DNA of 32,000 bases from Bifidobacterium longum subsp. longum JCM 1217. Lineage in GTDB: Bacteria; Actinomycetota; Actinomycetes; Actinomycetales; Bifidobacteriaceae. This document shows positions 23,782-32,000 of this stretch, one piece after another. Under the pieces are notes generated by a model, which did not search any database, was not told the origin of the DNA, and saw only the letters and a list, made by a program, of their open reading frames with translations. Position 1 is the first letter of the stretch; each line of letters starts with the position of its first letter. The stretch is taken from assembly GCF_000196555.1 (NCBI RefSeq), contig NC_015067.1, positions 1,140,001 to 1,172,000 of the forward strand, given 5' to 3'. The position numbers and the translations under genes were made by a program.

Positions 23782-25161
23782 ATGCCGTTCAATCCTTTCG
23801 CCGCCGGTCCCGCCGAACCCGTCGCGGAGCCGTCGCCGGCGGAGCCGGCCGATGGGGGCGCGACGCGGGAATCCGACGTCGACGACGGCTGGTGGGATTT
23901 CGGGAGCGGACCGGATGCGGCGGACGCGACGCCGGACCCCGATCCGGCGGACGCCGCGGCGGACGACGGCCGGCGGGATGCGGACGGGAGGGGCGGGCGA
24001 TCCGAAGACGCGCCCGATCCCATGCCGGACGACGGGGCGGACGACGACTGGTGGGGCATGGCCTCCGATGCGGGAGGGGACGACGCGCCCCCGGCCCGGA
24101 CGGCGCGGGACCCCGCCGGACCCGCCGCCCATGCGGGCGACGACACGGATGCGGACGACGACTGGTGGGGCATGGCCGGCGGGGAGGCCATGCCGGGCCC
24201 GCCGGCCGGGATCCCGGCGCGCACGGGGACGGACGAGACCCCCGGCATGGACGCGGACGACGACTGGTGGGGCATGGCCGGCGGGGACGGGCCGCGATCC
24301 GACGACGCCGATCCGACGCCGCGGCTCGTCAGCGTGCCCGGCACCAGCGTGCGCATCCCCGCGGACTTCGACTGGGGCACCGACACCCCCGCGGCCGGGC
24401 CGGCCGACGGCGTGCGGGAGCCCGCCCCGGCCCCCGCACGCCGGCCCGGCCCGTCGCGCCGCATCCTCATCGCCGCCACGGCCGCCATCCTCGCCCTCGC
24501 CCTCCTGGCGGGCGGCGTCGTCGCGGCGCGCACGCTCATCGCCTCCGACCGGCAGCGGAAGGCCCACGACGAGGCGTGCGCGACGCTCACCGCGCAGGCC
24601 GGAACATGGGACGGGCTCGCACGGCAGGCGAAGACGCTCGGCGTGAAACCCGGCGACGGGCCCGACACGTCCTGCAAGGCGGACACGGACACGCTCAGGG
24701 CCCGGGCCCGCACGCTCAAGGCCCGAGCCCGCACCCTCGCCAGGGCGAACCGGAACGCGCTGGACGCCGCATGGGAAAACCTGTCCGGCCGGATCGCGGC
24801 AAGCCGCAAGAACCATCCGAAGGCCGGCGGGCAGACGCTCGCCGCGCTCGAAACGCTCGCCGAGACCGCGCCCGAGGACGCGGACGGCCTGGCCGCGAAG
24901 GAACGCGAATTCGAACGGCTCGACAAGCAGGCCGGACGGGAGCAGCAGCAGGCCGAACAGGAGGAGAAGGCGGAGGCCGAGGCGCGACAGGAGGCCGAAC
25001 GGGAGGCCGAGGCGCGACGGGAGGCCGAGGCGCAGGACACGCCCCAGACCGCCGCCCCCACGCCGGCGCCCATGCCGCAGACCACCCCCACGCCGGCCCC
25101 GCAGCCCACGCCGACACCCACACCCACACCGGCGCCCGGCAACGCGGACGCCAGCATGTGA
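23782..25161 (+). CDS. Single-pass membrane protein: acidic N-terminal region with four DD(D/G)WW(G/D) repeats, one TM, a coiled coil, and a Pro/Thr-rich tail
   Basis: Repeats are DDGWWDFG and DDDWWGMA(S/G) x3. The 24-nt DNA repeat gacgacgactggtggggcatggcc occurs three times. TM is ILIAATAAILALALLAGGVVAA. The tail reads EQQQAEQEEKAEAEARQEAEREAEARREAEA followed by TPTPAPQPTPTPTPTPAP. Confidence 0.7.
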   Translation: MPFNPFAAGPAEPVAEPSPAEPADGGATRESDVDDGWWDFGSGPDAADATPDPDPADAAADDGRRDADGRGGRSEDAPDPMPDDGADDDWWGMASDAGGDDAPPARTARDPAGPAAHAGDDTDADDDWWGMAGGEAMPGPPAGIPARTGTDETPGMDADDDWWGMAGGDGPRSDDADPTPRLVSVPGTSVRIPADFDWGTDTPAAGPADGVREPAPAPARRPGPSRRILIAATAAILALALLAGGVVAARTLIASDRQRKAHDEACATLTAQAGTWDGLARQAKTLGVKPGDGPDTSCKADTDTLRARARTLKARARTLARANRNALDAAWENLSGRIAASRKNHPKAGGQTLAALETLAETAPEDADGLAAKEREFERLDKQAGREQQQAEQEEKAEAEARQEAEREAEARREAEAQDTPQTAAPTPAPMPQTTPTPAPQPTPTPTPTPAPGNADASM

Positions 25162-25171
25162 CGCATACCCG
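25160..25171 (+). promoter_or_regulatory. Recurrent motif in -10 position for a leaderless start
   Basis: gacgcaTACCCG + 5 nt + ATG(25177). It overlaps the stop codon of the upstream gene. Confidence 0.45.
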
Positions 25172-25176
25172 ACCCC

Positions 25177-25437
25177 ATGAACGACGCATACGAACGACTC
25201 ACCATCGGCCAGGCGCAGACCCTGGCCCGCATCATCGACGGCCTGCGCGACCACGGGTTCGACCCCGACGGGCAGGGCATCCACACGCCCAACCTGCACG
25301 TCGAACCCGGGGACGGGACACGCGTCAACTGGTGGCTCGACGGCGACACGGCGTTCGCCAACGGCAGCATGGACGCGCAGGGGCACGGCGTATGGTGGAC
25401 GCGCCGCGCCTACGCGCCCACCCTGCGACGCTCCTAA
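25177..25437 (+). CDS. Small hypothetical protein (86 aa)
   Basis: An ORF with a motif-positioned start. Its stop overlaps the stop of the convergent VirB4-like gene. Confidence 0.5.
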   Translation: MNDAYERLTIGQAQTLARIIDGLRDHGFDPDGQGIHTPNLHVEPGDGTRVNWWLDGDTAFANGSMDAQGHGVWWTRRAYAPTLRRS

Positions 25438-28400
25438 TCCAGGGAACCGTCGACGCGCACCACCACCGGGATCGCGCTCGCCGCATCCCCCACCTGCAGG
25501 TAGGCGACCGACCCGCGCAGCAGCCCGCCCGTCTCCGGATCCCTCAACGGGTACAGGCTCTCCCAGTCCGGGGCCCGGGAATCCGGATCCACATACCTGT
25601 CATGCATCATGCGCGCATGCATGCGCCCGTCCAACGGCTGGTTCGCGAGCCGGCAGGCGGCCTGCGCCTGGCTGTCGCGGCCCGAACCCTCGTTGCGGGC
25701 CCCCACGGCCAGCACGTACACCTTGCCGACGAAATCCTCGATCCCCGCGTCCACGAACTCGTCGGCCTTCTGGGAGAGCATCATCACCATGTAATGCTGG
25801 TCGCGGGCCAGACGGCCCATACGGTCGACGACGCTCCGGCCGAACCGGTCCTGCAGCAGGCTCCACGCCTCGTCGATGACGACGGCCCCGTTGCGGCCGA
25901 TCACCAGGCAGGAGGCGCCCAGCGCGGCCATGCGGCACACCCAGCGCTGCACGTCGGTGGGCGCGCCCTGGATCTCCTTGTCGGTGATCACGTTCAACGA
26001 GCCCGCGCTGATCAGGGTCATGCCCTGGCTCAGGGACAGGCGGCGCCCGCCCGGCTCCGTCCCGTAGATGAGCGGCATCAACGGGTCGTTCTTGACGGCA
26101 CGGTCCAACACGGGCCGGATCCTTTCGACGAGCGGGTCGATGTCCTTCGCCTCCCGCCCCCTATGGGAATACTCCTCCCAGGCGAGGCGCACGCATTCGC
26201 CCAGACAGTCGGCGCCGTGGCGCAAACCGTAGCCGACGATGCTGGACACGCCCATCTCCCAGGCGCGGTCCGGGTTCGCGCCGCCCGTGATCTGGCTGAG
26301 CATCGCGACCGACGTCTGCACGATCGTGTCCGTCATATGCCTGGGGATGCAGCGCAGCGGGTCGAGGATGCCGCGCGCCTCCGGCCGGTCGAGCTTGACG
26401 ACCACGCCGCCGCGTTTCCTCACGAACGGTTCGAAGTCGGATGATTTCGGTTTCGGATCCCAGAAGACGACGGGGATCTGCACGCCGGGATGCTCGGGGT
26501 CGGGCAGACGCCCCCATTGGGCGGCGACATGCAGGCCGAGCCGGGTGTTATGCGTGGGCACGTAGCCGCCGATCAGGTACGTGCGATCGGGGCTGGCAAT
26601 GCTCAGACAACGGTGCGGGCAGTCGGCGATCGGCCGGATGCCTTTCACGTACAGCCATTTCGAGGTCTCACGCAATTCAGTGGGGAGAAGCGCGCGTTTG
26701 CGCGGCAGGGAGAACACGGGCAGGCTTGTGGTGAACGTGAGGCGCAGACGGTCGCGGGTCTCGTGGCGTTCCCCGTCCGCCGTGTATCCGGCCTTCGTGC
26801 GGGTGGCCTCGTGCACGACGACGCCCAGGGAGCGCAGAAGACGGGTCAGCCCGTCGACGATCGGCTTGTGGTCGATGGACTGGGTGAACTCGACGCTCCC
26901 GTTCCGGTCGATGGCGCCGTCCTGGTCGAGCAGGCCTCGCACGAGTTCGAGCCTCTGTTCGACATCGGCATGGAAATAGGGTTCGGGGATGTGCTTGTCG
27001 CCGTAAAGCCCGTTCGCCCGGAGCTGTCGGACAAGGCGTTTCGCGTAGGTCTTCTGCGGGTCGCACGCACTCCGGGTGACCTCGTATCCGGCGGTTCGCA
27101 GACGGTTCTCCAGATGGTCGAGGTCGCCGTTCGACGGGTCGGAAGCGAAGCCGCCGCCGGTCTTCGACCCGTCAGCCAGCCATGCGCCGAGCGTCCACGG
27201 GTCGATGGGCAGGTCCGTGCGGACGCCCTGGACGGGGGCCGTGGCGCGGATCGCCCAGTTCGCCTGCCCGCCGTCGGCGAGCAGCCCCTCGTCGAGCATC
27301 TCGCGGGTGGTGACGGTCTGTTCGCCGTGTCCGGACCCGGGTTCGTCCCGGTACCGCCAGCCGATGCGGTCGGCGAGGCGGGCGAGGGCGAGCGGCGCGG
27401 GCCATGCGACGCGCATGCGACGGGCCGTTCCCGCAGGCTCCGCCCGCGGCCCGTCGTAGGATCTCAGGGCGGACTCGAACGCGCCTTTCGATACGCCGAG
27501 GTCCCCGAACCGTTCCAGGAGCCAAGCCGTGTCGATCGGTTCGGCGGGAGGGTCGGCGATGAGCCCGTCGAGCCTGGCGAGCCGCAGCGCCCTGGCTTCG
27601 ACCCCGAAACCGTTGCCGACGGTGTGCTCCCACCTGTCGCGGATGTGCCCGAGCAGCGGGGCGGGCTCGTAGAAGCGTCCCCCGGGCCTGTTGCGCGCCC
27701 TGCCGGGCTGCATGCGGGAGGGCACGTCGGCGAAGCGGAGCGCGTTCCTCACCCACGTCTCCCCGCCCTTGCCCGCGAACGGCGCGACGAGGGGCCGGAC
27801 CTCGCGCCAGATGCGTTCGCAGTCCCACCATTCGTCCATGCCGTGTCCGGCGGCCATGGCGCGCAGCCGTTCCTGCGCCTTCCGGACCCGTTCGCGGCGT
27901 TCGAGGCTCTTCCGGTGTTTGCCGGTGCGGGCGAAGTTGCGGTCGCGCCATGTCCACGCGCACCATTGATGGTCGCCGCTGGCTTTGATCCTCTGCCCGT
28001 CGGACAGGACGATCTCGTACATGTCGTCGTCACCGATGGGGCTCATGCCGAGAATCGGGTAGGTTTTCCCGTCGCGCGCATAGAGCATGTCGCCGTCCTC
28101 GAGGTCGCGCAACGGCACGAGGCCGCCCTCGGGGAACCTTTTCTGCGGGGGGACGGGGAGAGGCGTGTCGAGGGAAACCGATTTTCCGGATCCTGTGCTG
28201 CCCACGATTATGGAAATCGCTTTCCCGCTGCGTCTGGACGCGGCGAACGGCGAATCGTAGACCGGCTGCCCGTCCGCCTCCGTGACGCCCACGAACGCGC
28301 CCGGCAGGTCGGAGTCCAGGCCGCGCCCCGAATCGTCGCCCGTCATGGAACAGCCCGCGAGCCCGCTGAACGCGAGGATCGGGGCCGGCCAGTACAGGGG

Positions 28401-29582
28401 GGACGGATCGTATTCGATCATGTCGTCGGAACCGATCTGCATGTCCTCGAACGCGGCCTCCTGACGGTCCGGGTTCAACCCGACGTGCCCCGGATAGGGG
28501 ACGCGGTTCGACTGCTCCACGATCATGGGCAGTGCGGCGTGCGCATGCGCCTGGACGAGCGTGGGCCACGGCTTGCCGTCCGCCTGGTATTCGCCGTTCG
28601 CCGCCTCCAGCTCGCGCGCCACGCCCAGGTTCGCCTTGCGGCCGCCCGCCGCCTGCTCGTACGCCTTGTCGAGCACCTTGTCCGCGTCCTTGTCCAATTG
28701 CTCGCGGGTCATCTCCCCCGGTTCGACCAGGCCCTTCACGCTGATCGCGACCGCCCCGCACCGGCTCGCGTCCAGGAGGCCGGCCGCCCAGTCGGAGCCG
28801 GGGGCGGTGTTGTTCTCGCCCTTGAAGGGGAGCACGCCGAGCGTGACCACGGTCAAAGGGTAGGAGCCGGGAATCCTCGCCGACCATTTGCGGCAGTCGT
28901 CGACCTTCTCGCGCATGCGGGCCGCGACGAACGCGGACCGGTAGTCGGGGAACGTGTGCATGTGGTCGTGCTCGACCATGACGGGCAGTCCCTCGGGCTT
29001 GCGGTCGGTGGGCCAGAACGCCATGGCGCGGCGCATCGTCGCGTCGGACGGGATGCGGCAGCCCGCGTCCTCCATGAGGGCGCGCACATCCTCCAGATCG
29101 TGTTCGAACGCGTCGTCGGGCGTCCACCCGTCCTCGTCGGCGACGCCTTTCAGGAACCCTTTCACGCCGCCCTGCCCGCCGCCCGTGTTCAGCCGGACGC
29201 CGAACAGGGTGAACCGGTCGCGCACGGCGAGCCCCTCCTGTTCGGCGGCGAGGCGCAGCCGGTTGTCCGGGTCGAGCGTGGGACTGGGTTCGAAGGGGCG
29301 GGAGCCGCTGACCGCGAGGATGTGGACCCGCCGGTACAGGCCCTTCATGGCCTTGCGTCCGGCGAATGGGACGCGCGGCGTCCGGTCGGCGAGCCCGCCG
29401 AGTATCGACAGCATGGGGCGGGCGGCCTTCAAACGCTCCTCCATGCCGGACGCGTCCGTGACGGACGGCTGGTCGGGCATCCTCATGTACAGCCATGCGG
29501 CGCCGTTGACCGTGCGCACGAACCCGCCGCCCATATGCCGGGCGAACGTGCCCGTCTCCCTGACAATGCGTTTCCTCGTCAT
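25434..29582 (-). CDS. VirB4/TraE-type conjugation (T4SS) ATPase, interrupted by an intein
   Basis: The Walker A motif is split: IIVGSTGSGK | intein | TRLGLHVAAQW. Walker B is GAVVIDEAW, followed by LARDQHYMVMMLSQ. The extein total is about 837 aa, typical for VirB4. The start is leaderless-type (TAGGCG + 6 nt + ATG). Confidence 0.85.
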   Translation of the reverse strand: MTRKRIVRETGTFARHMGGGFVRTVNGAAWLYMRMPDQPSVTDASGMEERLKAARPMLSILGGLADRTPRVPFAGRKAMKGLYRRVHILAVSGSRPFEPSPTLDPDNRLRLAAEQEGLAVRDRFTLFGVRLNTGGGQGGVKGFLKGVADEDGWTPDDAFEHDLEDVRALMEDAGCRIPSDATMRRAMAFWPTDRKPEGLPVMVEHDHMHTFPDYRSAFVAARMREKVDDCRKWSARIPGSYPLTVVTLGVLPFKGENNTAPGSDWAAGLLDASRCGAVAISVKGLVEPGEMTREQLDKDADKVLDKAYEQAAGGRKANLGVARELEAANGEYQADGKPWPTLVQAHAHAALPMIVEQSNRVPYPGHVGLNPDRQEAAFEDMQIGSDDMIEYDPSPLYWPAPILAFSGLAGCSMTGDDSGRGLDSDLPGAFVGVTEADGQPVYDSPFAASRRSGKAISIIVGSTGSGKSVSLDTPLPVPPQKRFPEGGLVPLRDLEDGDMLYARDGKTYPILGMSPIGDDDMYEIVLSDGQRIKASGDHQWCAWTWRDRNFARTGKHRKSLERRERVRKAQERLRAMAAGHGMDEWWDCERIWREVRPLVAPFAGKGGETWVRNALRFADVPSRMQPGRARNRPGGRFYEPAPLLGHIRDRWEHTVGNGFGVEARALRLARLDGLIADPPAEPIDTAWLLERFGDLGVSKGAFESALRSYDGPRAEPAGTARRMRVAWPAPLALARLADRIGWRYRDEPGSGHGEQTVTTREMLDEGLLADGGQANWAIRATAPVQGVRTDLPIDPWTLGAWLADGSKTGGGFASDPSNGDLDHLENRLRTAGYEVTRSACDPQKTYAKRLVRQLRANGLYGDKHIPEPYFHADVEQRLELVRGLLDQDGAIDRNGSVEFTQSIDHKPIVDGLTRLLRSLGVVVHEATRTKAGYTADGERHETRDRLRLTFTTSLPVFSLPRKRALLPTELRETSKWLYVKGIRPIADCPHRCLSIASPDRTYLIGGYVPTHNTRLGLHVAAQWGRLPDPEHPGVQIPVVFWDPKPKSSDFEPFVRKRGGVVVKLDRPEARGILDPLRCIPRHMTDTIVQTSVAMLSQITGGANPDRAWEMGVSSIVGYGLRHGADCLGECVRLAWEEYSHRGREAKDIDPLVERIRPVLDRAVKNDPLMPLIYGTEPGGRRLSLSQGMTLISAGSLNVITDKEIQGAPTDVQRWVCRMAALGASCLVIGRNGAVVIDEAWSLLQDRFGRSVVDRMGRLARDQHYMVMMLSQKADEFVDAGIEDFVGKVYVLAVGARNEGSGRDSQAQAACRLANQPLDGRMHARMMHDRYVDPDSRAPDWESLYPLRDPETGGLLRGSVAYLQVGDAASAIPVVVRVDGSLD
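26547..28181 (-). mobile_element. Intein (545 aa, aa 468-1012 of the ATPase) with a LAGLIDADG homing-endonuclease domain
   Basis: Ser1 begins SVSLDTPLPV...LRDLEDGDMLYARDG (block A). IKASGDHQW is block B. LAGLIDADG motifs are LGAWLADGSKTGG and LVRGLLDQDGAIDRNG. The end is CLSIASPDRTYLIGGYVPTHN followed by +1 Thr. Confidence 0.85.
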
Positions 29583-29588
29583 GCGGCG

Positions 29589-29601
29589 CGCCTATGCGCG
29601 C
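29589..29601 (-). promoter_or_regulatory. Recurrent motif in -10 position for a leaderless start of the VirB4-like gene
   Basis: The minus strand reads gcgcgcaTAGGCG + 6 nt + ATG(29582). It sits in the 31-nt gap after the upstream stop (29614). Confidence 0.5.
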
Positions 29602-29613
29602 GTCGCATGACGG

Positions 29614-30825
29614 TCAGCCGAGCGTGGCGAGGATCGCGCCCAGACCGTCCGGATCCGTCGGATCCGAGCACAGGCGCGCCAGCAGGCCGGCCGCCTCGCG
29701 CATCGCGCGCCGCGCATCCGGCGACCCCGCAGCCAGCAGCCGCAATTGGCGTGGCGTGTAGCCGCCGTGCCGTCGGCGCCGGTAGAGCACGTCCATCGCA
29801 TGCGCGTCCGCGTAGGCGAGCAGCATGTCCACCTGCGCGGACGACAGGCCGTCGCCGAGGCGGGCGAGCGTGGCCGCGCCCGAACCACGTTCGAGGATCA
29901 TGTCGACGCGGCGGGGCGTGAACATCTGCCTTTCGACGCTGAGGGAGAGGCGTTCCAGCAGGCCGGCCGACCCGTGCTCCGCCCAATGGTCGTACAGGGT
30001 TTCGGTCAGGCGTTCGCGGCGCGGATCGTCGTCGGGCATCCAGCCGGACAGGTAGGAGCCGACCATGTCCGGGTCGCCGTGTTCGAGCAGGAGGCGGATG
30101 TCCTTCTCCGTGAGCGTGGGACGGTCCGAACCGTCGCGTGCCGCGGCGTCCGGCGCGTACAGGCTCCAGCACGCCCGGTCGGCCAGGCCGGATTCGGCGA
30201 TCCGGCGCAACAGGGCCGCGTCCGGCCGGCCGTACCGGAGCACGAGCCATGCGGCGTCCGGGCTTCCGGTTTCGAACAGGCGGACGGCGCGGTCGGCGAT
30301 CCAGCCGGGGGCACGGTATTCGAGTTTCGTCAGGACCCCCGGGTCCGTCTCCTTGCCGAACACGTGCAGACGGTCGTCGGGCGTATGGTCCACCAGTTCG
30401 AGGCGCACCGTCGGATCCGGATCGTCCAGGAACGAATCCAGCCGGCCGTCCGTCAGCATGCCCATATGCTTCAACGCGTCCAGACGGATTTTCGGATCCG
30501 GGTCCGCGAGCACGAGGCCGGGTTCATGCGCGGCGAGCGCGCGGCGTATGGCCTTCGGCAGCGGTTCGCCCGCCTCCGCCATGCGTATCGCGTCACGGGC
30601 CGTGTCGCGTCCCATGCCGGTGACGGTCAGGCGGCGCGCGCGCCAGCCTCCGGCCGCATCGTCCACGGCGAAGCAGCCGGTGCGGGCGGCCGCGCGCGCC
30701 GCGTTCGCGCTCGCCGCCTCGAACGAGTTCGGCACGGTCCCGCCCCATCGTTCGCGGGTCTCCGGCTCGCCGTAGTGGGCCATCAGCAGGTTCCATTGGC
30801 TTTCCGACAGTTTCCTAAGGCTCAT
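29614..30825 (-). CDS. HEAT/LRV-like repeat protein, function unknown
   Basis: Repeated (D/S)PDxx(V/I)Rxx(L/A) units: DPDPKIRLDAL, DPDPTVRLELV, SPDAAWLVL, GDPDMVGSYL, SPDARRAMREAA. SD gggaga lies before the ATG. Confidence 0.6.
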   Translation of the reverse strand: MSLRKLSESQWNLLMAHYGEPETRERWGGTVPNSFEAASANAARAAARTGCFAVDDAAGGWRARRLTVTGMGRDTARDAIRMAEAGEPLPKAIRRALAAHEPGLVLADPDPKIRLDALKHMGMLTDGRLDSFLDDPDPTVRLELVDHTPDDRLHVFGKETDPGVLTKLEYRAPGWIADRAVRLFETGSPDAAWLVLRYGRPDAALLRRIAESGLADRACWSLYAPDAAARDGSDRPTLTEKDIRLLLEHGDPDMVGSYLSGWMPDDDPRRERLTETLYDHWAEHGSAGLLERLSLSVERQMFTPRRVDMILERGSGAATLARLGDGLSSAQVDMLLAYADAHAMDVLYRRRRHGGYTPRQLRLLAAGSPDARRAMREAAGLLARLCSDPTDPDGLGAILATLG

Positions 30826-30907
30826 CGTGTTCTCCCGTCATCGCGCCCCGGCATCGTCGCCGCGACGCATGCGTCCCCCCCCCGGCGGACGTTTTTTTCA
30901 GCCCGAT

Positions 30908-31984
<1,077 letters not shown>

Positions 31985-32000
31985 TCAAGTCGGTGTTTCG

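Noticed and set aside
23881-24285. Regularly spaced 24-nt DNA repeats, considered as a possible CRISPR-like array
   Set aside because: The repeats are in frame within a coding sequence and encode the DDDWWGMA peptide. The spacers are coding, with no array-like features and no cas genes.
22293-25370. 1025-aa minus-strand ORF, and the 1010-aa plus-strand ORF 23412-26444
   Set aside because: Both span several independently supported genes on the opposite strand or in other frames (hydrolase, lipoprotein, WW-repeat protein, VirB4-like). Their translations are low-complexity Ala/Arg/Gly/Ser.
8389-29601. Reading the TAGGCG hexamers as weak Shine-Dalgarno (AGG) sequences rather than promoter elements
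   Set aside because: Several copies lack AGG entirely (TACCCG, TAGCCG, TAAGCG, TAGCCC). Conservation extends upstream (GGGGACGCA), beyond anything anti-SD pairing would explain. The same motif also occurs far upstream of genes that have their own strong SD. This reading remains formally possible until TSSs are mapped.
26490-29921. 1143-aa plus-strand ORF
   Set aside because: It is antisense to the VirB4-like/intein gene, which has an unambiguous motif content.
30868-30898. cgtcc...ggacg stem followed by T7, considered as a plus-strand terminator
   Set aside because: The stem is only 5 bp with an 11-nt C-rich loop, and no plus-strand gene ends upstream of it. On the minus strand the run is A7, so it is not a terminator for the helicase gene either.

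Overview
GC-rich DNA (roughly two-thirds G+C by eye), almost entirely coding. It looks like the interior of a conjugative element (ICE or plasmid) from a high-GC Gram-positive bacterium. All family calls come from motifs read by eye in the ORF track; no searches were run. Gene content left to right: (1) an LPXTG surface protein with Listeria-Bacteroides repeats, a class C-like sortase, and a 973-aa coiled-coil LASTG surface protein with a central CAP/SCP domain; (2) a membrane-anchored FtsK/SpoIIIE-like translocase whose reading frame breaks in a G7 run; (3) several orphan genes and a Cas4/AddB-type Fe-S PD-(D/E)XK nuclease; (4) a ParA/MinD-like ATPase next to a T-free polypurine tract; (5) a TraD/VirD4-like coupling ATPase and a DnaN-like sliding clamp; (6) an IS607-family remnant with intact tnpB and a 5'-truncated tnpA; (7) a DUF2637-like membrane protein, a lysozyme+CHAP cell-wall hydrolase, a lipoprotein, and an acidic DDDWWG-repeat membrane protein; (8) a VirB4-like ATPase; (9) a HEAT-like repeat protein and a PIF1-like helicase cut off by low-GC DNA at the right edge. 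No rRNA, tRNA or CRISPR array was seen. The two most notable observations are these. First, a 545-aa Hint+LAGLIDADG intein sits exactly inside the Walker A P-loop of the VirB4-like ATPase. Second, a promoter-like motif (consensus about GGGGACGCATAGGCG) recurs about 18 times. In nine genes it lies 5-7 nt from an ATG that has no Shine-Dalgarno sequence, which suggests leaderless mRNAs. Elsewhere it lies further upstream of genes that do have a strong GGAAAGGAG-type SD. Many long ORFs in the track are antisense shadows typical of high-GC DNA and were rejected.
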